NCBI GenBank assembly: GCA_043771495.1
Contig: JAYVHE010000242.1
Location: forward strand, 1 to 53,795
Direction: 5' to 3'
DNA from: Bdellovibrio sp.
GTDB lineage: Bacteria; Bdellovibrionota; Bdellovibrionia; Bdellovibrionales; Bdellovibrionaceae
DNA length: 53,795 nucleotides
Every line of letters begins with the position of its first letter. Within the stretch, counting starts at the first letter, position 1. Below the pieces are notes generated by a model, which was not told the origin of the DNA, ran no database searches, and saw only the letters and a program-made list of their open reading frames with translations. A program made the position numbers and the translations under genes. Below are positions 1 through 9,167 of this stretch, piece by piece.

Positions 1-815
1 CGTGTAAACAGCGATTGTGCGACGACGCCACGTAATGACTCCGACATCATGGCGCGAATCTGCGGTTGTTGCCCTGACGGGAAAACGTCGATGATACGAT
101 CCATCGTTTTTACGGCCGAGTTGGTGTGAAGTGTTCCGAAAACTAAGTGACCTGTTTCGGCAGCGGTTAAGGCTAACGAAATTGTCTCTAAGTCACGAAG
201 CTCACCCACCAGAATAATATCTGGATCTTCGCGGAGTGCGGCTTTAAGTGCGTTGGCGAAACTTTTTGTATGTGCACCAACCTCACGTTGGTTCACTAAA
301 CATTTTAAGTTGGGATGCACGAACTCGATAGGATCTTCGACCGTTAAGATGTGCGCGTCACGAGTTGAATTAATATGTTGAATCATCGCGGCTAGCGTCG
401 TCGATTTACCAGAACCAGTTGGGCCTGTTACTAGAATTAATCCACGATCTGCATCAACTAAATCTAAAATCGATTGCGGCAAATTTAATTCTTGCGCGGT
501 TTTGATTTTCTCTGGAATCGTACGGAACACGGCCCCTAAACCTTTACGCTGCATGTACACGTTACAACGAAAACGACCGACTCCATCAAGCACGTACGCG
601 AAGTCTAATTCCCATTTTTCAATAAAAGTTTTCTTTTGTTTTTCGTTAAGGATTTCAAAGATCAAACCTTGCACGTCTTGGCTTGTCAGCTGGCGGTAGT
701 TCAGAGGTGTCATGTCCCCATGAATACGCAAATACGGTGGTGCGCCGCTCGTGACGTGTAAATCCGAAGCTTTTTGCTCAACCATTAATCGAAATAAGTC
801 ATCGATTGTTGCCAT
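1..815 (-). CDS. pilT: Type IV pilus retraction ATPase PilT (3' end runs off the window)
   Basis: Not in ORF track. Manual minus-strand translation from ATG at 815: MATIDDLFRLMVEQKASDLHVTSG...GPTGSGKSTT (Walker A)...EDPIE...ALREDPDIILVGELRD...AETGHLVFGTLH, all PilT/PilU signature motifs. Confidence 0.95.
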   Translation of the reverse strand, partial: MATIDDLFRLMVEQKASDLHVTSGAPPYLRIHGDMTPLNYRQLTSQDVQGLIFEILNEKQKKTFIEKWELDFAYVLDGVGRFRCNVYMQRKGLGAVFRTIPEKIKTAQELNLPQSILDLVDADRGLILVTGPTGSGKSTTLAAMIQHINSTRDAHILTVEDPIEFVHPNLKCLVNQREVGAHTKSFANALKAALREDPDIILVGELRDLETISLALTAAETGHLVFGTLHTNSAVKTMDRIIDVFPSGQQPQIRAMMSESLRGVVAQSLFT

Positions 816-847
816 TGCTAACCTCTCAAATTGATTATCTAAATGAT

Positions 848-874
848 CTTCGGTAGAACTATCCAATTAGTTAA
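848..874 (-). promoter_or_regulatory. Possible sigma28 (FliA)-type promoter for pilT
   Basis: Minus strand TTAAC-N16-CCGAAG, 32 nt upstream of the pilT ATG; same spacing as the better box at 26873-26899. Confidence 0.35.
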
Positions 875-890
875 CAGGAGAAAAGTCCGG

Positions 891-2396
891 ATGGCTGCTG
901 AAATCCTTATAAATGTTAGACCTTTAGAAACTCGGGTAGCCTATGTGGAGTCCGGAGTCCTGATGGATTTAAAGATTGAACGCCAATCCTCACCGACTTT
1001 GGTCGGCACAATTCATCGGGGAGTCGTCACGCGCGTTCTGCCGGGAATGCAAGCTGCCTTCGTCGACATTGGTCTAGAAAAAGCTGCGTTCCTGTACGTC
1101 GGTGATATCGTCACCGACGAAGATCGAGAATTTTTCGCGGACGAAGATGATACAGGCTCAAACAAAGAAGAAGATTCTCGGCCATCGCGCGAAATCAAAA
1201 CTCCAATTCAAGATCTAATTAAAGAAGGTCAACATTTAATGGTGCAAGTGGCGAAAGATCCGCTCGGCACAAAAGGTGCGCGCATTACCACGCACATTTC
1301 GCTTCCGGGTCGCGGCGTTGTGTACATGCCGCACATTAAGCACATCGGAATTTCTAGAAAAATTGTTGAAGAAGAAGAAAAAGATCGTTTAAAAAAATTA
1401 ATTCAAAAAATAAACCCAACGGGCGGAGTTATTGTTCGTACGGCCGCAGAAGGCGCGTCAGAAGAGGCTTTAAAGTCCGACATCGATTACTTAGATCGTT
1501 TAGGAAAAGAAATTCAAAAAAGTTACGAGAAGAAAAAAACTGCAGGCATGGTGCATTCTGAATTAGACATTGAGCTTCGTGCCCTTCGTGACTTAATGAA
1601 TGAAAACGTCACTACTGTTTGGGTTGATGACGACGAAGTTTACAAAAAAGTTTCACGTTTCGTATCGCAACTAATGCCACGTTACAAACAAAACATCATT
1701 CTTTACGAAGAAAAAAAACCCTTGTTTGACCTTTACGACATCGATTTAGAAATCTCGCGCGCGATGGAACGAAAAGTGTGGTTAAAGTCGGGTGGTTACA
1801 TCGTCATCGATGAAGCCGAAGCGTTAATCGTCGTCGACGTAAACACCGGAAAATTCGTCGGCAAAAAAGATTTAGAAGATACCATTTTAAAAACCAACAT
1901 CGAAGCCTCAAAAGAAATCGCGCATCAGTTGCGAGTACGTAACGCCGGCGGAATCATCATTATCGATTACATCGATATGGAAAAAGAAACTCACCGCGAA
2001 CAAGTCTTAGCAACTATGGGAGAAGAATTAAAAAAAGATCGCGCGCGCACGCAAATTAATTCGATGTCTGAATTAGGCTTGGTCGAAATGACCCGTAAAC
2101 GAATTCGTCCAAGTTTAGTTAAAACCCTTTGCGAAGAGTGTTCTTACTGCGATGGCAAAGGCTATAATAAGCGCAAATCAACAATAGTTAACGAAATCTT
2201 TCGTGATCTTGAGCGCGAATCTGGAATGAAGGAAGACAAAAAACGCAGCTTTATTATTCACTGTCATTCTGGAATTGTGGATTGGATTTACGAAGAAGAG
2301 AATGAAACGTTAGAGCGTATTGAAAAGCGATTTGGGTATTCAATCGCTTTCAAAGTTGAAACTTCGTACCATTTAGAGCAGTACGAAATATTTTAG
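891..2396 (+). CDS. rng: Ribonuclease G/E family endoribonuclease
   Basis: S1 domain (VLPGMQAAFVDIG), KDPLGTKGARIT, DVNTGKF, GGIIIIDYIDM, CxxC zinc link. Start moved to ATG 891 behind AGGAG (876-880). Confidence 0.93.
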   Translation: MAAEILINVRPLETRVAYVESGVLMDLKIERQSSPTLVGTIHRGVVTRVLPGMQAAFVDIGLEKAAFLYVGDIVTDEDREFFADEDDTGSNKEEDSRPSREIKTPIQDLIKEGQHLMVQVAKDPLGTKGARITTHISLPGRGVVYMPHIKHIGISRKIVEEEEKDRLKKLIQKINPTGGVIVRTAAEGASEEALKSDIDYLDRLGKEIQKSYEKKKTAGMVHSELDIELRALRDLMNENVTTVWVDDDEVYKKVSRFVSQLMPRYKQNIILYEEKKPLFDLYDIDLEISRAMERKVWLKSGGYIVIDEAEALIVVDVNTGKFVGKKDLEDTILKTNIEASKEIAHQLRVRNAGGIIIIDYIDMEKETHREQVLATMGEELKKDRARTQINSMSELGLVEMTRKRIRPSLVKTLCEECSYCDGKGYNKRKSTIVNEIFRDLERESGMKEDKKRSFIIHCHSGIVDWIYEEENETLERIEKRFGYSIAFKVETSYHLEQYEIF

Positions 2397-2404
2397 TCGG
2401 CTTT

Positions 2405-3334
2405 TTATTTTTTCCCAGTGCCTGGTGCGCCTTCGGCTGCAGCTGGCGGCAGTGCAGCTGCAGGCCCTGTGGCTGTCGCAGCCACTTTACGGCCAATAAG
2501 GTTATTAATTGCCTTAGTTGATTCCTCTAAGCCGGAACAGGCTACGGAAGCCTCGGAAATTCTTTCAAATGAACGGGCCACGTCAGCAAGATCTAAAGTG
2601 CCCTTGAGCTTACCGGCAGTAAAAAACTCAGTGCCATCGGGTTGAAAAACTTCATCAACCTTTGCCAAATCAAAATCTTTTCTATTAGCGTCTACAAATT
2701 CTTTCATGTTAGTCGCTTCGGTTTTAGCTAGGTCTTGGTACTCTTTGGTTCGTAAGTACTCATTAAGTTCAGACGAAATTCCTTGTAAGCCACTAATGGT
2801 GTTAGCACATGATTTTAGATCAGCCGATAGTTTCATAAAATCAGCTTTTTGCAATGATGTTTTTAACTTTTCTAAACGCGAACACAGCCCAGGGTTTGCG
2901 GTGTAGCAACTTAGTTTGCGACCAGTTCGTTTAAAGTATTCACCTTTTGCCATAGATACTTTGCAATTAGTCCGCGACTCCGGCTCTGCGCTCGGTCCAA
3001 ATGCTGTTCGCACTATCAACGCATTGTAAGGATCAGCAATTTTAGCTTCGGTAATAATTGAGGGAAAATTTTTAGGCACCCCAGCAACTACAGTTTGCGA
3101 AATGAACGAAGAAAAAAATGATTTTTCCAAAACATTTCGAATTTCTTTATTTACGCCGTTACGAAGTGTGACGTTAGTTGCGCGATTTGATTTAAAATCA
3201 CCATATGTTTCGACGACTGACCCATCTGCAGTGGTCAGTCGAATTCCATTTGAATTCAAAATAAACCCGCCTTCAAGTTGAGCGTGTGCTGAAAATGATG
3301 ATAAAATTATGAGTGCAAAAAAAATGTTTTTCAT
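2405..3334 (-). CDS. Secreted hypothetical protein
   Basis: 309-aa ORF with signal peptide (MKNIFFALIILSSFSAHA), AAGAGG SD, Ala/Pro-rich C-terminal tail. Confidence 0.8.
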   Translation of the reverse strand: MKNIFFALIILSSFSAHAQLEGGFILNSNGIRLTTADGSVVETYGDFKSNRATNVTLRNGVNKEIRNVLEKSFFSSFISQTVVAGVPKNFPSIITEAKIADPYNALIVRTAFGPSAEPESRTNCKVSMAKGEYFKRTGRKLSCYTANPGLCSRLEKLKTSLQKADFMKLSADLKSCANTISGLQGISSELNEYLRTKEYQDLAKTEATNMKEFVDANRKDFDLAKVDEVFQPDGTEFFTAGKLKGTLDLADVARSFERISEASVACSGLEESTKAINNLIGRKVAATATGPAAALPPAAAEGAPGTGKK

Positions 3335-3447
3335 AAGTGTCCTCTTGTGAATTTATTCTAAGACTTATTAGTATCTTAGTTAATTACTTTAAGAGGACAG
3401 CTAGACTTAAGTGATTATACAAAATTATTTTTCGATTTTATATTAAC

Positions 3448-4101
3448 TTATTCAGAGGCGTTTGGTTCCACTGGCAAAGTTACTTCGAAAGGAAGTTTCT
3501 TGCAGATCAGTTCTCCGCACCCAGGACAATCTCTAGAACCAACTAGGCTAGACGCTTGTCGGTAAAAGCAACCTTCCGGAGGAGCGGCACACAAAACCAT
3601 TGGGCACATGATTGGCTCAATTGGTTGCGGACCTTCTTTTTCACACTTGATTTCGCCACAATTCAGATCACAACCTTTGCTATCTTTCACAGTCGTTGCA
3701 GCGGCAACGCGCTCACATCCCACAGGAACTGGCGAACAAGCAATCATCGGGCAAGCAATTGGTTCCATAGGTGGGTCTTCAATGATTGGTGCCTGGCGAT
3801 CACAAACTAGTTTTCCGCAGCCTGACGGGCAGCGATTCGCAACCGTTTCAGCGGCAGTCGTGTTTTCTTGCTCGTAACTACAACCTTCCGGCGGAGCCAT
3901 ACATCGGACGGCCGGACAAACGAAAAGGCGGTCTTCGTTTAACCAATGCTGAATTTGATCATCGGACACAACTGTTTTATTAGGCGCTATGTGAGTCGAA
4001 GTTGATTGGCTGGATGATTCGAAATGTCCTTGCGAGCAGTTTTGGAAAGAGACGACTGTGAATAAGCCTAAAATGGCACTGATGATAATATTTTTTTTCA
4101 T
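3448..4101 (-). CDS. Cys-rich repeat lipoprotein (three six-Cys repeats)
   Basis: Start MKKNIIISAILGLFTVVSFQNC (ATG 4101, GGGGG SD); three C-x4-C-x6-C-x13/16-C-x2/3-C-x4-C repeats. Confidence 0.8.
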   Translation of the reverse strand: MKKNIIISAILGLFTVVSFQNCSQGHFESSSQSTSTHIAPNKTVVSDDQIQHWLNEDRLFVCPAVRCMAPPEGCSYEQENTTAAETVANRCPSGCGKLVCDRQAPIIEDPPMEPIACPMIACSPVPVGCERVAAATTVKDSKGCDLNCGEIKCEKEGPQPIEPIMCPMVLCAAPPEGCFYRQASSLVGSRDCPGCGELICKKLPFEVTLPVEPNASE

Positions 4102-4289
4102 AAATTTCCCCCGTGTATGCATTTATTATTGAACAGTCCAAAAACTTTTTATACGAGGGTTTCCAAAATGATTCAAAAATCGTATTACACCGAGATATCT
4201 GTTTGGCGCGGGGAAAAACAGTAGACAGTTTCGCAAAACCTGTGAAAAGAAGATCGTCAATTATAATGAGCGAGTGTATCCCTACGAGA

Positions 4290-4562
4290 CTAGCCCACTA
4301 AGAAATATCCGGCATTTCGTCCTTTTAGATCGGCATCACGAACCAAAATCCCTAAGTTTTCAAGTTCGCGAAGGTCTCTTTTGGCACTTTCACGTGTGGT
4401 ATTAACCATATTTTTGTAAACCATATTAGTGATGCGCTTTTTCAATGGGTCGCGCACAGAAAATACAAGTTTATCCAATTTAGATAAAAAAAAGATCTGT
4501 CGCGTGTTCAAAACCTGATGAAATTCCGGCCAATTTTTTAAGTGTTCTTCTAAACGGGTCAT
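4290..4562 (-). CDS. Small stand-alone winged-helix protein resembling the C-terminal HTH of Fic-family proteins
   Basis: LNTRQ...ITNMVYKNMVNTTRESAKRDLRELENLGIL...GRNAGY matches the LNxRQ / TAxRDLxxLxxxG / GRxxxY pattern of Fic-associated wHTH domains. Confidence 0.65.
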   Translation of the reverse strand: MTRLEEHLKNWPEFHQVLNTRQIFFLSKLDKLVFSVRDPLKKRITNMVYKNMVNTTRESAKRDLRELENLGILVRDADLKGRNAGYFLVG

Positions 4563-4694
4563 ATTTGACCCATTTATTTCATATTTCAGGACTCAAATCC
4601 ACAAAAATCGTATCGGTTAGGAATTATTGTTTGACCTGTCGGTCGAATATCGGCACAACGATGATTCACGCGATCAATAATCTTTGGAGGTTAA

Positions 4695-5282
4695 ATGTAC
4701 GCAGTTATTAAGACCGGTGGAAAACAATACCGTGTTCAACCAGGTGATATCGTTCAAGTTGAAAAATTAGAACAAGCATTAGGATCTGAATTCGCAATCA
4801 GCGAAGTTCTAATGGTTGGTGGAGACAAAACTCACGTTGGAACTCCAATGGTAAAAAATGCGAAAGTGACTGTTGTAGTTACAAAACAAGCACGTACTCG
4901 CAAAGTATTCGTATTTAAGAAAAAACGCCGTCAAGGCTACCGCCGCTTCGGTACTCATAAACAAGATTTCACTGAATTATTTGTGATGTCGATCACTTCA
5001 CCAGATGGTCAAGTTGCTAAAACTGATTCAAAACCAGAAGTTAAAGACATGACACAAATTCGTGAGGATCGTATTAAGCAAAAACAAGAAGATCGTCGCG
5101 CACGCGTAGAAGGTAGTATCGGATCTGAAGTTGATGCAGCACAGGCGTCACCTGCTCCTACTAAAAAGGCAGTTGCAAAAAAAGCAAAACCGGCTAAAAA
5201 AGTAGCTAAGACTACTTCGAAGCGTTCTGCTAAAACGGCAGCGAAAAAAGCAACGAAAACAACGAAGAAGAAATCTAAGTAA
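4695..5282 (+). CDS. rplU: 50S ribosomal protein L21 with Lys/Ala-rich C-terminal extension
   Basis: MYAVIKTGGKQYRV, FKKKRRQGYRR; GGAGG SD; adjacent to rpmA. Confidence 0.97.
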   Translation: MYAVIKTGGKQYRVQPGDIVQVEKLEQALGSEFAISEVLMVGGDKTHVGTPMVKNAKVTVVVTKQARTRKVFVFKKKRRQGYRRFGTHKQDFTELFVMSITSPDGQVAKTDSKPEVKDMTQIREDRIKQKQEDRRARVEGSIGSEVDAAQASPAPTKKAVAKKAKPAKKVAKTTSKRSAKTAAKKATKTTKKKSK

Positions 5283-5313
5283 TTTATTAATTTAAAAGAA
5301 TCAGGAGTTAACT

Positions 5314-5598
5314 ATGGCAAGTAAAAAAGCTGGTGGTAGTACCAAGAACGGTCGGGACTCACAGTCGAAAAGATTGGGTGTAAAACGTTTCGGTGGCGAG
5401 CTTGTAAAATCAGGCACAATCATCATTCGTCAACGTGGTACAAAATTTAAAGTTGGTAACAACGTTAAAATTGGTCGCGATCATACAATTTATGCTGTGA
5501 TAAACGGTCACGTTAAGTTTGAAAGAGTTACAAAAGAACGTTTCAAAGTCAGTGTTTACGCTGCAACAGCTCCAAAAGCCGCTTCAAAAGCAGCTTAG
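5314..5598 (+). CDS. rpmA: 50S ribosomal protein L27
   Basis: [24 protein letters not shown] signature. Confidence 0.98.
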   Translation: MASKKAGGSTKNGRDSQSKRLGVKRFGGELVKSGTIIIRQRGTKFKVGNNVKIGRDHTIYAVINGHVKFERVTKERFKVSVYAATAPKAASKAA

Positions 5599-5610
5599 TA
5601 GCTCGACTAT

Positions 5611-5638
5611 TTAAACACGAATAGTTAAACACGAATAG
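5611..5638. repeat. Perfect 14-bp tandem duplication TTAAACACGAATAG x2
   Basis: Read directly at 5611-5624 and 5625-5638. Confidence 0.9.
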
Positions 5639-5670
5639 AACGTTACAAAAAAATTACACACGTACTTTAA

Positions 5671-5701
5671 AAAAGGAGCCCCAAAAGGCTCCTTTTCTTT
5701 T
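5671..5701 (+). terminator. Rho-independent terminator after rpmA
   Basis: AAAAGGAGCC-CCAAAA-GGCTCCTTTT followed by CTTTT. Confidence 0.85.
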
Positions 5702-5791
5702 CAAATCTGGAAAAATAAGAGACAAGTAACCTCTTAGTTAAAAACCTAGATTTCGACGTAAAAATTGAAATAACCAGAGAGTAGAATCACT

Positions 5792-6877
5792 ATGAAATTT
5801 ATTGATGAAGTTAAAATTAAAATTACATCTGGTCACGGTGGTCCCGGTTCCGTTAGTTTTCGTCGCGAATCTTTTTACCCACGTGGCGGACCTGATGGTG
5901 GCGACGGCGGCAAGGGTGCTGACATTATTTTCAGAACGTCTCGTCACATTAATTCGTTAGTTGATATTAAGCCGTCAAAAAACTATCGCGCTCCAGACGG
6001 AGAAGCAGGCGCTGCTGCAAACTGTTCGGGTGCTGCAGGTCAGGATTTAGTTATTATCGTTCCGGAAGGCACAATCATTCGTGATGGTGAATCTGGAGAA
6101 TTACTTTACGATTTAAAATCAGAAGAAAACTTAGTCATCTTAAAAGGTGGCCGCGGAGGAAAAGGCAATGACTTTTTCAGAACAAGCGTGAACCAAGCCC
6201 CTGAATATTCGCAACCTGGTGAAGACGGTGAATCGTTAGAAGTTACTTTGGAATTAAAATTAATCGCTGACGTCGGAATCATCGGATTTCCGAACGCAGG
6301 AAAATCAACTTTGATTTCTAGAATCTCTGCAGCTAAACCAAAAATTGCGGACTACCCATTTACAACCTTAACACCAAACTTAGGTGTGGTTAAGGTTGGC
6401 GATTACAGCAGTTTCGTAGTCGCAGATATCCCAGGAATTATTAAGGGCGCCAGCGAAGGCGTAGGATTAGGAATTCAATTCTTAAAACACGTTGAACGTA
6501 CTTCAGTGTTCGTTCATTTAGTCGACGTTTCAGGAATGAGTGGTCGGGATCCATTAGCAGATTATGAAGACATCAATATTGAATTACAACAATACGACCA
6601 ATTGAATAATACCAAAGACGGATTTTTTCCGTTATCAACACGCGAGCAAATTTTAGTTTTGAATAAAATTGATATGCTTTCAGAAAACCAATTGTTGCAG
6701 ATCAAAACTCAGTTCACGAAAAAGTTTAATATTAAACCTTCGGACATTTACGCAATCTCTGGCGTAACTGGAAAAAACATTAAAGAGTTCCTGCAAATTC
6801 TAGCCAATAGAATTATGGAAAAAAAGGGTCAGACACATCTGAATCCTGATACCGCTGTTAGCAGCATGATACTTTAA
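5792..6877 (+). CDS. obgE: GTPase ObgE/CgtA
   Basis: FRRE..PRGGPDGGDGG, GFPNAGKST, YPFTT, DIPG, NKID; follows rplU-rpmA. Confidence 0.97.
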   Translation: MKFIDEVKIKITSGHGGPGSVSFRRESFYPRGGPDGGDGGKGADIIFRTSRHINSLVDIKPSKNYRAPDGEAGAAANCSGAAGQDLVIIVPEGTIIRDGESGELLYDLKSEENLVILKGGRGGKGNDFFRTSVNQAPEYSQPGEDGESLEVTLELKLIADVGIIGFPNAGKSTLISRISAAKPKIADYPFTTLTPNLGVVKVGDYSSFVVADIPGIIKGASEGVGLGIQFLKHVERTSVFVHLVDVSGMSGRDPLADYEDINIELQQYDQLNNTKDGFFPLSTREQILVLNKIDMLSENQLLQIKTQFTKKFNIKPSDIYAISGVTGKNIKEFLQILANRIMEKKGQTHLNPDTAVSSMIL

Positions 6878-6890
6878 GGAGTTACCTCTC

Positions 6891-7907
6891 ATGAAAAAAA
6901 TCGGACTATTTGGTGGCAGTTTTAATCCACCACACAACGGACACGTTAACAGCATCGTGACTGTTCAAAAGAAAATGGGATTCGACCAAATCCACATTAT
7001 ACCTAATAATCAAAATCCATTAAAAATTCCAATGGAAGCTCCGTCAAACGAAGCGCGTATTGAAATGTGCCGTCGTGCATTTTCGACATACAGTCCTCAA
7101 TTCGTTATTAATGATGTTGAATTAAAACGTGGTGGCGTCAGCTACACGATCGACACAATTAAAGAAATGCGCAAGCACTACGAATCGCGCGAGCTCTATT
7201 TAATTATTGGAGCTGATAATTTTGAAACGTTTGCCGAATGGAAAGACTATAAAAAAATATTAAGCGAAGTTAATTTAGTCATCACGACTCGACCTGGATT
7301 TCAAATTCCAGAGAAAGCCGGAGATTGGCCAGCGTATTTAAATGAGTACGTTGTAGAAAGTGATTTCGGAAATTTAGAACTAAGCACAGGCCGTTCTGTG
7401 GAATTCATTACCTTGGATGATCTGGATATTTCGTCATCTGAGCTCCGCAAAAAATTGCGTGTGGGTAGACCTGTGGAAAAGTTCTTACCACTAGCGGTAG
7501 AAACTTATATTAAAGAAAATAAAATTTATAAGATTAAAACAGACAAGATTTCAGATTACAAAAAGTTTACTGAAATCTGCGCGCAAATTTTGTTCGACAA
7601 AAAAGCTTTAGGCGTTCGCGGATTTGATTTACAAGGCAGTTCATCAACGACGGATTACACTTTAGTGGCCTCAGGAACAAGTACTCGTCATGCAGCTTCT
7701 ATGGCTGAAAATTTGTCATTAGCGATTAAAGAAGAATTCAATTTACTCCCGCTGGGCATTGAAGGCGTCGCTGAAGGCCGTTGGGTGGTTGTTGATTACG
7801 GACCATTGATTGTTCACGTATTCTATGATTTTGTTCGCCAAGAGTATCGTTTAGAAGACTTATGGAAAGACGGAGTCGAAATTCCATTAAAAGACGCAAA
7901 AATCTAA
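6891..7907 (+). CDS. nadD: Fused nicotinate-nucleotide adenylyltransferase NadD and ribosome silencing factor RsfS
   Basis: N-terminal GGSFNPPHNGH, SYTIDT, IIGADN, ISSSELR; C-terminal ~115 aa ASGTSTRH...WVVVDYGPLIVHVF...RQEYRLEDLW (RsfS/Iojap). Confidence 0.92.
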   Translation: MKKIGLFGGSFNPPHNGHVNSIVTVQKKMGFDQIHIIPNNQNPLKIPMEAPSNEARIEMCRRAFSTYSPQFVINDVELKRGGVSYTIDTIKEMRKHYESRELYLIIGADNFETFAEWKDYKKILSEVNLVITTRPGFQIPEKAGDWPAYLNEYVVESDFGNLELSTGRSVEFITLDDLDISSSELRKKLRVGRPVEKFLPLAVETYIKENKIYKIKTDKISDYKKFTEICAQILFDKKALGVRGFDLQGSSSTTDYTLVASGTSTRHAASMAENLSLAIKEEFNLLPLGIEGVAEGRWVVVDYGPLIVHVFYDFVRQEYRLEDLWKDGVEIPLKDAKI

Positions 7908-7910
7908 TTT

Positions 7911-8381
7911 ATGAAACATGTGGTGCTGGATTTTAAAACTTCAAAACAAGAATGGTTTGAAGAATTTGAAGGTACCTATGCCGAAAAGATTAATCACTTC
8001 TGCGATTTTGAAGTCATTCACTTAAAAACCATTTCTGTGGATCGGGATCAATCCCAAGAAAAAATTCAGTTCGAAGAAAAAGCACTGTTGAAAAAGCTAA
8101 CTAATGACGACTACATCATTTTATGTGATGAGCGTGGGAAAAAGTTTGATTCCATCCAATTTGCAGACCAGCACGTTCGGGCTCAACAATCAGGCAAAAA
8201 AAGAATCGTATTTATTGTTGGCGGTGCTTTTGGGGTATCTGCAGATATTCGCGCCAAAGCGCATTTAACGATTTCGCTATCGACCATGGTGATGAATCAC
8301 TTGGTGGCGGAATCCGTATTACTTGAACAAATTTATCGATCGTTCACAATTCAAAATCGAATTCCGTATCATAACATTTGA
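7911..8381 (+). CDS. rlmH: 23S rRNA pseudouridine-1915 N3-methyltransferase RlmH
   Basis: DERGK, FIVGGAFG, LLEQIYRSFTI...PYH; follows rsfS as in the canonical order. Confidence 0.93.
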   Translation: MKHVVLDFKTSKQEWFEEFEGTYAEKINHFCDFEVIHLKTISVDRDQSQEKIQFEEKALLKKLTNDDYIILCDERGKKFDSIQFADQHVRAQQSGKKRIVFIVGGAFGVSADIRAKAHLTISLSTMVMNHLVAESVLLEQIYRSFTIQNRIPYHNI

Positions 8382-8434
8382 ATCGGTCTGTTTGGGGCTT
8401 TCAAAGTTAAATTTGTGCCATTGCATACGTATGT

Positions 8435-9127
8435 ATGCAAAAAATTTTAGAACACATACAAAGTCACAAAATAGCTCCGGGTTGTATTCGCTGCGGAAGT
8501 TTCTTTCGCCAGGACTTTTTCTTTTGCAGATCATGTTTCGAAAACCAAATCTTAAAATTTGAGAACTTCCAGGAATCTATGATGGATATCCCATCAATCA
8601 ATGTGACTACGTTGTTTCAGTGGGTTCCGAAAACCAGTGATTCGCTTTCGTTAGCGATACATTTACTAAAACGATCAGAGTCAAAATTAGCCTGGAAGTA
8701 TTTAGGAAAATTATTTGTAGACTTTTTAAAAAGTAACGATCGGACTAAAATTAATTCGTCGAATGCAGTCTTAGTCCCAGTACCTAGTCGAAGCTTGTCG
8801 TCGGTCCACACAAAGTATTTTAGTAGCGAATTGGCCAATAATTTAGGAATTAAAAAAGTTGAACTGATTTGCCATCAGAAAACATCACAGGAATTAAACT
8901 CCGCCTTGCGTCCACAGAAAGAATTGTCTAGACGCCAACGCATCGACCGAGAATTCGATCTTTGTGTAGATTTTACACGTGCCGGCGAAGTCGAGAATCT
9001 GCAAAACATAGTCTTGATTGACGACGTTGTTACGACCGGCGCAACGTTGCAAGCCTGTACCCGACAAATACGAGCTTTAAAACCAAATGCAAATGTCTGC
9101 GCCTGGGTTATGTTTAAACGCCTGTAA
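8435..9127 (+). CDS. comF: ComF family protein (zinc ribbon + PRTase domain)
   Basis: CxxC...CxxC at the N-terminus, LVPVP, QKELSRRQR, IVLIDDVVTTGATL. Confidence 0.8.
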   Translation: MQKILEHIQSHKIAPGCIRCGSFFRQDFFFCRSCFENQILKFENFQESMMDIPSINVTTLFQWVPKTSDSLSLAIHLLKRSESKLAWKYLGKLFVDFLKSNDRTKINSSNAVLVPVPSRSLSSVHTKYFSSELANNLGIKKVELICHQKTSQELNSALRPQKELSRRQRIDREFDLCVDFTRAGEVENLQNIVLIDDVVTTGATLQACTRQIRALKPNANVCAWVMFKRL

Positions 9128-9167
9128 TATGGTTGTTCGATTTATCGACTTCTGCTATAAAAAGTGA

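Noticed and set aside
843-890. Longer N-terminus of RNase G from ATG 843
   Set aside because: The SD at 876-880 and the family N-terminus favour ATG 891.
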